DNA of 40,221 bases, filler included, from an uncultured bacterium (lineage in GTDB: Bacteria > UBP4 > UBA4092): the NCBI GenBank assembly GCA_964644695.1. It is 4 parts of 4 records of this genome, joined end to end, with 100 filler letters (N's around TTAATTAATTAA, not from the genome) between each part and the next. Parts side by side here need not be neighbours in the genome. Positions count along the whole stretch, not along the records: positions 1 to 15,483 come from CAZXWN010000024.1; positions 15,584 to 26,177 come from CAZXWN010000026.1; 2 more parts are not named here. One strand, written 5' to 3'. Numbering within the stretch: the first letter of the stretch is position 1; each line of letters begins with the position of its first letter. The notes below the pieces were generated by a model. That model ran no database searches. It was not told the origin of the DNA and saw only the letters and a list, made by a program, of their open reading frames with translations. The translations under genes and the position numbers were made by a program. Positions 8,558-18,128 of this stretch are shown here, piece by piece.

Positions 8558-10486
8558 TTATTCAGCCATTGCAGACCAGTCACTGACTGAAGAAGTACCT
8601 GTGAAGACAAAGCTACCGAACGGACGGCCTTGACTCCAGGCACCATTGGGTTCCCACTGTATGTCAGATTCATTCACTGGGGTCTGAATAACCTGGACAC
8701 CCCAGACAGAACCGGCAGTCGGAGCAGCAGTCACGATTCCCTGTTCAGCCTTATCGAAGATTGTGAACGGAATCTTATATTCAACTGTCACAACATTGCC
8801 AACTTTGGTATAAGCAGCGGCATCACCAGTGGCATCCCAGCTGGAAGCGCCACCCCAGTTGATTTCGTCCCAAATATACATTTGACCAGTAGTGGTCGGA
8901 ACGAAGATGGTGTGATACTGCTGAGCAGCCTGATCAACACCTAATGGAGACCAGAAGATACCGAATTCTTCGTGTGTTGCATCAAATGCAACACCACCTG
9001 GATCACGAGGACCACCCGTCAGGGTATATCCAAGAGCCCAATTAGGTTTAACAGCTTTCATCATGACATACAGATAGTTGTCGTCATAAGCAGCCTTGAA
9101 ATATTCCTGTTCGGTAGAAGGAACGGTATTAGCTTTTGTAACATACACGAAATCTTCAGAAGCTGGATACGGAGTCCATTCAGAATCATTGCCATCAATC
9201 ACTGGCGTAGAACCAACATTGATCTTATGAACATTGTAAGTCCGGTTAGAAGGTTTCGGCATAGCATTCATGGCTTTACCATAAACCAGGTTATCAATAG
9301 TTACTGAACCTGTTGCTGCAGCACCTGTTGGTGTGAAGGCGATTACAATTTTATTGATAGCGGTAACATTGGTTCTGACTGTGTAATCAGTACCCGGTGC
9401 GCGCCAATACTGGAATTCTTTCCAATCAATAATCTGTCCACCACCATCTAAAGCCCAGGGAGTTGTACCCCAAGCAGAGGATGGATAGTTAATACCATCA
9501 GATACGAAGGGGAAATATACCACACCACTGGTGCTGGATGTTGGTGAACCCCAAACTAAACCGGAAGCATAATTCCCGGCGGTATCACCGATATAGACAG
9601 CAAAATAGGCGTTATTTGCAGATGCGGCAAAAGCACTGTCGCCAGCAAAATCAAACTTAAAGTATTTTGCATCTGTCAAATCAATTGGAGTAGCAAGAGT
9701 TAATTCCAGACCAGATTGAGCGTTGGCACCTGTGAAAACCCTTGTCATTTTCACTTTTTTACCGCTGTTTCCGTCATCAAGAAGGGCGATTGCGTCAAGC
9801 GGGCGTGAACCAAATTTGTTTTTCCAATTGGTAGTCAGGGCATCCACGGAAGCATAATTGAAATTATCAATTACAGTTTCCTGAAGCGCAGAAGATGTAC
9901 CTTTTGTATAGTACTTGAGATTGTCCAAGACATAGGAGACATCCGTATTAGCAGGAACAGACCCGCTGTTTTCAATGCGGAAATAAATCTTTGCAATCTT
10001 GGTCAAATCTAAAGCATTTTTACCATGCCAGACAGCACGTTTCAAATCATTTAAAGCAAAAGTATAAGTAATAAAAGCATTGGGAGTATTGTTGTTACAA
10101 GGATAGTAATCTACTTGAGAAACAGCACCATATATGTCTTCAATGTGCAAACCCATCATGAACTGGTCATTGGTATTTAACATTTTCACATCAATGGATA
10201 AATATTCGGCAGAAGAAAGATCAACAGGAGTTGTAAACACCTTCTGTAAACGAGTCGGTAAATACCATGGGTCTGCCGCAGCATTTACATGTAAATCTAC
10301 CTTCAAACCATTCCCTGTCTTGGCAGCAACTGATGTCAATGTAGCAGTATCACCAGTTCTGCTGTAAGAATTCAAACCGAGAGCCGTGAAATCTGCAGGA
10401 TTTTCAAAGCCTTCGACGGTTACTGTTGCCGCAAACAAAGAGCTGGTCAACAGAAGTGCTAAAGCTAAAACAACACTTTTTTTCAT
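8558..10486 (-). CDS. Secreted protein A: two CBM11-like beta-sandwich domains plus a CBM9-like domain, C-terminal SSVSDW tail
   Basis: Signal peptide MKKSVV...LFA. Repeated pattern (V/I)(E/D)xF...P(V/I)DL(S/T)xAxY...(L/I)DNL. CBM9-like TPVIDG..SEW, YDDNYLY, VEYKIPF. No catalytic motif recognised. Confidence 0.7.
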   Translation of the reverse strand: MKKSVVLALALLLTSSLFAATVTVEGFENPADFTALGLNSYSRTGDTATLTSVAAKTGNGLKVDLHVNAAADPWYLPTRLQKVFTTPVDLSSAEYLSIDVKMLNTNDQFMMGLHIEDIYGAVSQVDYYPCNNNTPNAFITYTFALNDLKRAVWHGKNALDLTKIAKIYFRIENSGSVPANTDVSYVLDNLKYYTKGTSSALQETVIDNFNYASVDALTTNWKNKFGSRPLDAIALLDDGNSGKKVKMTRVFTGANAQSGLELTLATPIDLTDAKYFKFDFAGDSAFAASANNAYFAVYIGDTAGNYASGLVWGSPTSSTSGVVYFPFVSDGINYPSSAWGTTPWALDGGGQIIDWKEFQYWRAPGTDYTVRTNVTAINKIVIAFTPTGAAATGSVTIDNLVYGKAMNAMPKPSNRTYNVHKINVGSTPVIDGNDSEWTPYPASEDFVYVTKANTVPSTEQEYFKAAYDDNYLYVMMKAVKPNWALGYTLTGGPRDPGGVAFDATHEEFGIFWSPLGVDQAAQQYHTIFVPTTTGQMYIWDEINWGGASSWDATGDAAAYTKVGNVVTVEYKIPFTIFDKAEQGIVTAAPTAGSVWGVQVIQTPVNESDIQWEPNGAWSQGRPFGSFVFTGTSSVSDWSAMAE

Positions 10487-10723
10487 CTTATATCCCTTTC
10501 ATAGATATTTGTATATTGCTTACTTGCTAATTAGTTCGTGTTTCAGTTCTTCAAAAAACAAACATGTGCACTCCTGAAAATAAAGTAAACCAACAGATAA
10601 AAACAGGAGTATTCTTACTTACTAACGGTTATATATTCTGCTTAATTGAGGGTTAGTATATCCTCCTTCCCTTGTTTATAAAACCATTTTTCACAAAACT
10701 AAGACAACGATTATTACTGGACC

Positions 10724-10752
10724 ATTAAAGAACAACTGGATGTTTTTGTCAA
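10724..10752 (-). promoter_or_regulatory. Sigma70 promoter of protein A gene
   Basis: TTGACA-N17-TTTAAT on the minus strand. Confidence 0.65.
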
Positions 10753-10781
10753 GCACTTTTCATAAAAATTAACATTGAATT

Positions 10782-10815
10782 AAAAAAGCCCCCGGAATAA
10801 ACATCCAGGGGCTTT
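10782..10815 (-). terminator. Intrinsic terminator
   Basis: aaaaaagcccccgga...tccaggggcttt hairpin after the stop at 10839. Confidence 0.8.
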
Positions 10816-10838
10816 AAATTTACAATCTTGCAAATCAC

Positions 10839-12350
10839 CTATTCAAACAGTTCGGTAGCCATCGGAGCGGCAGTTGGATTTACTTTGATTGGAACAAGGA
10901 AAGTTTCGCCTGTCTGATCGGTTACGGATAAAGTACCTTCAGCAATGGAGCTACCCGGTGTAAAGGTCACGGTGGCACCAGTAGTTGCACTTAAGGTACC
11001 AAGAATACCACTGCTGAGAGCCCAAGTAAATGGACCCATACCTGTAGCAGTCAAAGAAACGGATACACCACTCGGACGAGCGGTCACTTCGTATGGAGTC
11101 ACATTTAAAATATTCAAAGCAGGAGTACTGAACTCAACCTGGTCAATGTACATGGTGTATATATTGTTAATATTGTTGACCTGAGTTTGTGTATAGAGAC
11201 CAAACTTGTCCACAATCGCCAAGTTAATGCCTTTTAATCGATTAGCATCACCGAGATCCCAGTCATCATTGAACAGGGTTTGGCTACTACCAGTCGTGCT
11301 GATTGGATAATACAGAGCCTGCCATTCACCATTGATAATGTTTTGAGCAGGAATTCTGAACCATGCACGTTGGAAAGTAGTATCCTGTAATGCAACTAAA
11401 AGTAATGGACCTGCAGTAGTCTGGTTGGAATAATCACCCTTGAACCAAATCTTAGCATAGTCAGCAGAGGTAAAATTCTGAACAGCAGGGAGAACTCTTC
11501 TAGATTCGCAATTGGACCAGTAGGTAGAAACCTGAGCAACCAGTTTAATGGACTTGTCATTGAAATAGCTGGTACTGTCCAAAGAATGAGCCAAAATTTT
11601 CAAAGCAGTAGTGTCACCAAGGCTATAGGTCGCATTGAAAACACTGTCATTGGCAAAATTGAAATTTTCTAAGATGGCAGTGGTTGCACGGTCAGACAAT
11701 TCATAACCACGGAAGTTATCAAGATAGAAGGTTGCTGTTTCTTTCTGCCAGGTGCCAGTCGTTGGGCTTGATGGAATATATTTGGGATTCGTTGTGTCAT
11801 AGCTTCTGACCTGGAAAACGAAATCAATAGCAGTAATACCCTTCAAATTTGCACCAGAATAACCCTTTACACCCGTCCACGGATCAATTTCCATATCAGT
11901 CAGATTGAGGGAAACAGTGTTCCATCCAGTCTTAAGAGGTTCAGTCCACCAAACTTTACGATAAACATTGTTAGAGTTGGTGAAAATTTTGATATAAGGG
12001 ACCAACACTTGAATCTGTGTTGAATCAGCAACATACATATCAAATTTATACTTATTGTAAACACCAAAATCCTGTGGAGTAGCAAAGGTTTTCCGTAAAA
12101 TGGCTTCATACCATTGTTTGCCAGAGTAAGCATAATCAATTCGGACTGAACCAGTACCCTCAGTCTTAATAGTATTTTCTACAGCAACAGTCATGGTAGC
12201 AGTGTTAGTACTAACGTCATTACCACTGATTGAATAAACAGAGGTCAATGCACCATAATTGGCAAAATCAAAAGTATCTAATATCTGCATACCGAAAGAC
12301 ATTCCGGCAACAGCTAATGCAGCTAAAGCAGTTAATATAACTTTTTTCAT
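10839..12350 (-). CDS. Secreted protein B: two CBM11-like domains plus an Ig-like domain, C-terminal PTAAPMATELFE tail
   Basis: Signal peptide MKKVIL...SFG. Duplicated module ILDTFDFAN / ILENFNFAN ... FYLDNFR / MYIDQVE. Ig-like segment GPFTWALSS...LSVTDQ. Confidence 0.7.
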   Translation of the reverse strand: MKKVILTALAALAVAGMSFGMQILDTFDFANYGALTSVYSISGNDVSTNTATMTVAVENTIKTEGTGSVRIDYAYSGKQWYEAILRKTFATPQDFGVYNKYKFDMYVADSTQIQVLVPYIKIFTNSNNVYRKVWWTEPLKTGWNTVSLNLTDMEIDPWTGVKGYSGANLKGITAIDFVFQVRSYDTTNPKYIPSSPTTGTWQKETATFYLDNFRGYELSDRATTAILENFNFANDSVFNATYSLGDTTALKILAHSLDSTSYFNDKSIKLVAQVSTYWSNCESRRVLPAVQNFTSADYAKIWFKGDYSNQTTAGPLLLVALQDTTFQRAWFRIPAQNIINGEWQALYYPISTTGSSQTLFNDDWDLGDANRLKGINLAIVDKFGLYTQTQVNNINNIYTMYIDQVEFSTPALNILNVTPYEVTARPSGVSVSLTATGMGPFTWALSSGILGTLSATTGATVTFTPGSSIAEGTLSVTDQTGETFLVPIKVNPTAAPMATELFE

Positions 12351-12536
12351 TGTTTTGTCCTTTCATAAATTGAATTTCATTGTGTCCGGTATTAAATAAC
12401 AATAGAAACACCCTGTTTCCCTTAAACTGACCGGACTTGCTCGTAAGGGTGGATAATGATTATATATTCCGTGTCGTTAATTCCTCCTTTCCACCAAATT
12501 ATAGTATGTCACAAAACGAATTTACACCGTGTGCAT

Positions 12537-12565
12537 ATTTAAATATAAAACACAAACCCTGTCAA
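12537..12565 (-). promoter_or_regulatory. Sigma70-like promoter of protein B gene
   Basis: TTGACA-N17-TTAAAT on the minus strand. Confidence 0.55.
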
Positions 12566-12635
12566 GAAGAATTTACTTTCGCATTACGATTCAAACCATA
12601 ACAATAATATAACTATCTGATTTATAAAAAGATAT

Positions 12636-12665
12636 AAAAAAAGCCCCGGATCACTCCGGGGCTTT
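12636..12665 (-). terminator. Intrinsic terminator
   Basis: aaaaaaagccccgga-tcac-tccggggcttt, a perfect stem after the stop at 12689. Confidence 0.85.
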
Positions 12666-12688
12666 AAACATTTCTGTTTCTGTAACAA

Positions 12689-15001
12689 TTAATCCATTAA
12701 TTCCGAGGCTAAAGGAGCAGAAGTCGGAATAACGGAGAAAGTATAGCTGGCCGTATTCGGTGTACCAGACTGGCTGTCAGTCAGATAAAGAGTGACAGAA
12801 CCAAGGGCGGTAGCACTGAACACCACGGAATCACCAGAGGCCTGGTTGATGGAACCATAAGCATTGGTCAAGACAGAGCTTGAAGAACTTAAGGACCAAG
12901 TGTAAGGAGCAACACCACCCATGGCATAGAAGGTACCGGTGAAGTTACGGCTGACAACAGACGGACCAGAGACTGCGAGGGCCGGCTGATTGAAAGTCAA
13001 GGCACCAAATGGACGACCGGAAGCAAAACCAGCGGTTCCATCGGGTTCCCAGTTCACAAACTCAGTGGTAGTCACATTGCTGACGACCATCCGGTTAATG
13101 AAACCGATTTGGCAGCCCCAGATATCGCCATTAGCTGGCTTGCCGAGGTTACCTTGCAGATTTTTGTTCAACATTGCGAATGGAAGGGCATATTCAATAG
13201 TAACGGTTCCATTGGCAAAGGTAAGAGCAGCGTTATCGCCAGTACCATTGTAGCTGGCGGCACCACCGGCATTGATTTCGTCCCAAATCAGGACGCGGTT
13301 GTTGGTGATGTCAGGGAACAACACAACATGGTAGTAATTAGTAGCATTCGGACCATAAGGAGCAATGAACAATTCAAGATCATCACCACTGAAAGCGGTT
13401 CCGGTAGGATCACGGTCGCCACTGGCAGGAGTGAAATCGAGTCCCAGGTAATTCTGAGGAGCCTGGAATAAGAAGTACAGCTTGTCATTGTCATAGGTCA
13501 TTTTGAACTTGGCTTCTTCGTCAGCAACATTGAGAATACTGTCGTGAGACACAAAGTCACCATTGAATACATTGCTGGCCTGGTTCCAAGCAACATCATT
13601 GGCCACACCATCAACCGTCGGAGCATTGGCAAAGTTCACAGTGTAATTCTTGTCAGCACCACCGGTAACTGGAAGAGGTTTAGTTTCATAACCAGCAACC
13701 ACTTCACCAAATGAGAATTCCATATTTTTCGGATAGACCCAGTTGATACTGGCATTGGCGGATGTGTCATTGGTCATATTACCAACCTGTGTATTGATGG
13801 CAATATGAACGGAAGAAATGGCAGCTAAACTAATCATGACATTGGTCGGGCTGTTCATCTTCCAGCAGGAGTTGTAGGAGCTGGCGGTATAGGAAATACC
13901 ATTATTGGCACCACCCTGGAACGGAAGAATGAAGGTGTACCAACCATCAGTAGATGGGGCACCATACATATCACCTTCGACGCGACGGCCTAAGGTATCG
14001 GTCATGAATAGGGTAGCAATCGGATTCATAGAGACCCATGCACCAGTGCTGTTCATGTAACCACCATAAGTGGTAGAACCCTTCCAGGTAACCTTCATAT
14101 ATTTAATACCAGTCAGGTCAACTGGAGCTGCAAAAGTTTTGTTTAAAGCAAAGTTGGACCACTTGTTGTAGTGATTGTAGTTCATCTTCAGGGTCTTTTT
14201 GCCATTCACATCGACAATAGCTAAAGCAGTCGGCCACTGGTCAGTAACCTGCATGATACCAGAGGAATTATAACCAGAGTTTTTGCTGGTTCCGAAAGAG
14301 AAAGCAGGAACCCAGACAGAGGTAATCTGGTCATAGGTAGCTGTAGTAGCAAATTCATCAAAATTGATAAAGGGTCTTTCAACAACTTTGGAAATGTTCT
14401 TTGCAAAACGAACATTGTCAATCCAATAGGTGAAAGCACCAGCCGGCATGGCACCAGCATTAGCATACTGATAACGAATCTTGACGATTTTCTTCATATT
14501 GACAGATTTACCACTGACAGTCCAAGTATCTTTTTGGAAATCAGACAGTCTTAAAGAAATAGTCCGGAATCCAGCAGAAGTTCCAAAAATACCGGTGGGC
14601 CAATAACGGGCAGCCTGTCCATTTTCATCAAACAACACGACTAACAGAGTCAAACCTGTAATCGCCTGTTCATTCTTAACATCAAACTGGAACCATTCTT
14701 TGTCAGTAATATCGACAGGGGTAGTAAAGGTATGGTCTACATAACCGTTATTCCAGTTGGCAGCAACAGCGGTAGAGCAGTTGTTGGTCTGAGTGATCTT
14801 GAAGGAAGCAACGCCTTCGGTCTTGTTGACACTGTCAGCTTCAACCACTAAAGACCAAGGGGTTGTTGTAAAGTTTGCATAGCCATTCGCCAAAGTAGAA
14901 ACATTGGAGACAACATCGCAATTATCAATGAGCATATCTGTCGCAAAAGAGAAGGACAGGGTCATTAATAATGCCATGGCAATTAATAAAAATTTCTTCA
15001 T
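12689..15001 (-). CDS. Secreted protein C: two CBM11-like domains, CBM9-like domain, Ig-like domain, C-terminal PTSAPLASELMD tail
   Basis: Signal peptide MKKFLL...SFA. Shares CBM9-like blocks with protein A (RDP.G.AF, IWDEIN.GGA.S, WEP.G...GRPFG) and the Ig-like domain and tail with protein B (P(F/Y)TW.LSS, TD, PTxAP). Confidence 0.7.
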   Translation of the reverse strand: MKKFLLIAMALLMTLSFSFATDMLIDNCDVVSNVSTLANGYANFTTTPWSLVVEADSVNKTEGVASFKITQTNNCSTAVAANWNNGYVDHTFTTPVDITDKEWFQFDVKNEQAITGLTLLVVLFDENGQAARYWPTGIFGTSAGFRTISLRLSDFQKDTWTVSGKSVNMKKIVKIRYQYANAGAMPAGAFTYWIDNVRFAKNISKVVERPFINFDEFATTATYDQITSVWVPAFSFGTSKNSGYNSSGIMQVTDQWPTALAIVDVNGKKTLKMNYNHYNKWSNFALNKTFAAPVDLTGIKYMKVTWKGSTTYGGYMNSTGAWVSMNPIATLFMTDTLGRRVEGDMYGAPSTDGWYTFILPFQGGANNGISYTASSYNSCWKMNSPTNVMISLAAISSVHIAINTQVGNMTNDTSANASINWVYPKNMEFSFGEVVAGYETKPLPVTGGADKNYTVNFANAPTVDGVANDVAWNQASNVFNGDFVSHDSILNVADEEAKFKMTYDNDKLYFLFQAPQNYLGLDFTPASGDRDPTGTAFSGDDLELFIAPYGPNATNYYHVVLFPDITNNRVLIWDEINAGGAASYNGTGDNAALTFANGTVTIEYALPFAMLNKNLQGNLGKPANGDIWGCQIGFINRMVVSNVTTTEFVNWEPDGTAGFASGRPFGALTFNQPALAVSGPSVVSRNFTGTFYAMGGVAPYTWSLSSSSSVLTNAYGSINQASGDSVVFSATALGSVTLYLTDSQSGTPNTASYTFSVIPTSAPLASELMD

Positions 15002-15171
15002 TACTTGTATTTCCTTTCATAATTTTATAAATACATACAAAACAAACTGGGGTCCTGTTGTTTATTGGGTTATTCCCGGAAATTCACAGAACCGGACCGG
15101 GATACATAGGGATAAACTATACTTTGGTTGGCCTAATTCCTCCTATATTAAGAAATACACTTTATGCCTTA

Positions 15172-15200
15172 ATTTAAGTTTAATTTGGCACTTTTGTCAA
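15172..15200 (-). promoter_or_regulatory. Sigma70-like promoter of protein C gene
   Basis: TTGACA-N17-TTAAAT on the minus strand. Confidence 0.55.
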
Positions 15201-15483
15201 CTAAAAACTATTGGTATGAATATTACATAAAAATAATACGATTAATTAATTTCTCTACAAGTCTGATTCTATCCACACAACACAAACGATTACATCTAAG
15301 AAATATCAATGATTTCTCGAATTTTGGCACGATCAACCACGATAATGTACAGGTGTATCCCAAAAACTCATTCAAACAACTTTTATATCACGCATTACAA
15401 AATAGATACGATAGTATTACTGACCAAAATTTTGAGTGATAAGTATATTTAGAAAAATAATGAATTAAAAAGAAGCCTAAACG

Positions 15484-15583
15484 NNNNNNNNNNNNNNNNN
15501 NNNNNNNNNNNNNNNNNNNNNNNNNNNTTAATTAATTAANNNNNNNNNNNNNNNNNNNNNNNNNNNNNNNNNNNNNNNNNNNN
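15484..15583. other. Assembly gap/linker (N44-TTAATTAATTAA-N44)
   Basis: Six-frame stop linker. The 55 nt before the gap (15429-15483) are repeated exactly after it (15584-15638). Confidence 0.97.
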
Positions 15584-15633
15584 ATTTTGAGTGATAAGTA
15601 TATTTAGAAAAATAATGAATTAAAAAGAAGCCT

Positions 15634-15684
15634 AAACGAACCTTCCACGGACCTGCTCCGAGTAACTCCGTGAGTGGTTCGTTT
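15634..15684. repeat. REP-like palindromic element, copy 2, in a terminator position after the DUF2339-like gene
   Basis: aaacgaacc-ttc-cacgga-cctgctccgagtaac-tccgtg-agt-ggttcgttt, a long interrupted hairpin abutting the stop codon. Confidence 0.6.
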
Positions 15685-18128
15685 TATGAAGAAGAATCCG
15701 CTTTTACAAATTGGATGATTTTATCTTTATAACGGTTATACAGATAGGAGACTGAAAGAAGAATAATACCCAGAACAAAGAAAGCGATAATTCGATATAT
15801 CTGTTCCAGTGAAAGAACATCCACCAGAAATACCTTAAGAATTACAATCCCAAACAAACACAATGCGAATCCGCGGGCAAAAGCAGACCGTTTCCAAATC
15901 CCCAGGGAAATCAAGACCGCCGCATATAACGCCCACACCACCGATAAAGACATCTGACGCAGCATGTAATATTCTTTTATCTGATTCTGAGCCTCCCAGG
16001 CTGGATAATACGGCCGAAGGAAATCCATTGTTTCCAAACTCAGTCCAAATAACAACATCAGATTACTCAACACCGCAAATAGACCACAGACCAATCTCCA
16101 CTCAGCAATATCAATATTTTCTTTGAATCGTTGATAAAACCAAACCGCACCAAATCCCGATCCAACCAACGCAATAAGCGGTATAAACCGGTCATTGAAG
16201 AATAAGGTAAATGAAATGGAATTGAATGCATAATGAAAGTCAGAATGGAAGAATCGGAAATAGGCCAGAGCAATAATAATCATCGCCATGTGTCTTGTTC
16301 TCACATGGCCATGTTTCGCCCCCAGCCAGAACAGGAAGAAAGACTCCAACGCCCATGCCACAGTGATCCAGGTACTGTCCATCAACCAGGCAATTGTCAG
16401 CGTCAGATAAAGAGCCGCTAAACTCAGATAGGTATCCGAAGCCAGATTATTCCGGGAATATTTGTTTTGAATAACGAACCAGAGTCCGCCATACATCACA
16501 AACACCACCAGAGCTAAATATCCGTGATACAACTCCTCTGGATAATGCTTCATAAATACCAGATAGGAGGTGGCAGCAAATATCATCCCCAAACTAAACC
16601 CAGTCGCCATATTGTTTACATCAAACAGGGATTCTTTCCAGAATAACTGCAAAAGGAGAACGCCATTGAATAAGAGGAAAAAAGTCACCATCCATCCAAA
16701 GACTTCCCCAAACGGAGTGGCCGCATAAAAAGAGTGTGCCCAAAAAGCATAATTGATGACCGTACCCAGGAGATTCGCTATTAAGAAGGATGGATGCCGA
16801 TTGTAAAAATATAGCCCCGAACCCAGGATAATCAATAAAACACTATAGATTCCGTAATAATGCAGATAATTGTAGTCTGGAATCATAAACAAAGGGACTA
16901 ACTGTCCCACAATGATTCCTGCCAGTTTCAGTTCTCGGAACTTTGCCCATACAGACATGGACATTCCCGCAACAGCTAAGATTCCGCCATAAATCAATAC
17001 ATTATAAAAACCAATATAATCACTGGCCGGTTTATCCATCACATTCAATATCAATAAGCGCGGAAAAAACACACTGACAACTAATATCATCAGCGCAATT
17101 TCATGCTTCTTGAGATGTCCCATCGCCCAGAATGCGGCCATAGTAAGGACCAGTCCAAAGGTAATCAATGAGGCTTCGGGAAATTCAGCTCCAGTGTATT
17201 GTTTTCCCAAAACAAAAACAGCCATCGCAATAAGACCACCCAAATACCCAAGGAACCCTAGTGAAATCCACTTCCGATAAAAACAAAGGGCTACCGCCGT
17301 CAGACACATCACCAGACAATGCAAATAAAAAATGGGATATAGTCCCTCGCTGTGACCCAGCAGGAACGGTGTAATCAAGCCTCCTGATAAACCCAGAATT
17401 CCAATCACCGGAGAATCATACCGCAATGCAAAGAAATAAGCCGCGAAAGTGAGGATAGCTAGAATCACCCATGCCATTTCCATTCCAATCAAGTGATAGA
17501 ATCCATAGGCGGCATATCCCGTCAGATACAACAAACCCAGTCCACCACCGGTCAATACCCGGGTGAACTGGGTAAATAAATTCTTTTTATTATCTTTCAG
17601 ATATTCGCCGAGAGATAAAAGTGTCAATCCACTCAGCGTTCCAATCGCAATCCGAACCAACTCAGTGATCCATCCCTGGTCCACGGCAAACTTAAACAAA
17701 AATCCAAGCCCCAGGAATAAGGCCAGGACTCCAAGCCAACTGAACCATCTTCCACCGATCTCTGTTTCAAGATTTAATTTCGAACCAGGGGCCTCCTTCT
17801 GCGGAACGGGAGGATTCCAGGGACGTTCCTTTACCGGTGGTTCTGCCCTGTAAGTATCCTGAATAACAGGTTTTTGTTCGGGAATATCCATTACAGGGGT
17901 AGTTTTAAGCGGTGTGGGTATTGATGGTTTTTCTTGAGGAAGGGGACTAGGGGATGTTACTGGAGTAGAAGACCGGACCGGCTTTGCTGCTCCATAACTC
18001 AGCTCGGACACCTTCTGTTCCAATTGCCAGATACGATTGATTTGAATGGAAATCAGTTTTTTCTGGTTTTCCAGTTCATCCTGTAAATCTCTAATTTGTT
18101 TTTCAACATCTCTCTGATCGGGACTCAT
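15684..18128 (-). CDS. DUF2339-like predicted membrane protein
   Basis: N-terminal coiled coil and Pro-rich linker, then LETEIGGRWFSWLGVLALFLG, many TMs, and C-terminal SVVWALYA...KVFLVDV..LEQIYRIIAF. Start placed at MSPDQ (18128) because the ORF-track extension overlaps yicC. Confidence 0.85.
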   Translation of the reverse strand: MSPDQRDVEKQIRDLQDELENQKKLISIQINRIWQLEQKVSELSYGAAKPVRSSTPVTSPSPLPQEKPSIPTPLKTTPVMDIPEQKPVIQDTYRAEPPVKERPWNPPVPQKEAPGSKLNLETEIGGRWFSWLGVLALFLGLGFLFKFAVDQGWITELVRIAIGTLSGLTLLSLGEYLKDNKKNLFTQFTRVLTGGGLGLLYLTGYAAYGFYHLIGMEMAWVILAILTFAAYFFALRYDSPVIGILGLSGGLITPFLLGHSEGLYPIFYLHCLVMCLTAVALCFYRKWISLGFLGYLGGLIAMAVFVLGKQYTGAEFPEASLITFGLVLTMAAFWAMGHLKKHEIALMILVVSVFFPRLLILNVMDKPASDYIGFYNVLIYGGILAVAGMSMSVWAKFRELKLAGIIVGQLVPLFMIPDYNYLHYYGIYSVLLIILGSGLYFYNRHPSFLIANLLGTVINYAFWAHSFYAATPFGEVFGWMVTFFLLFNGVLLLQLFWKESLFDVNNMATGFSLGMIFAATSYLVFMKHYPEELYHGYLALVVFVMYGGLWFVIQNKYSRNNLASDTYLSLAALYLTLTIAWLMDSTWITVAWALESFFLFWLGAKHGHVRTRHMAMIIIALAYFRFFHSDFHYAFNSISFTLFFNDRFIPLIALVGSGFGAVWFYQRFKENIDIAEWRLVCGLFAVLSNLMLLFGLSLETMDFLRPYYPAWEAQNQIKEYYMLRQMSLSVVWALYAAVLISLGIWKRSAFARGFALCLFGIVILKVFLVDVLSLEQIYRIIAFFVLGIILLSVSYLYNRYKDKIIQFVKADSSS

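Noticed and set aside
10487-15200. Known riboswitch (c-di-GMP, TPP, cobalamin, SAM) in the array leaders
   Set aside because: No diagnostic consensus was recognised by eye. An Rfam scan is needed to exclude this fully.
15429-15638. 55-bp direct repeat as att site or target duplication
   Set aside because: It sits exactly at contig ends around a gap and is best explained as assembly overlap.
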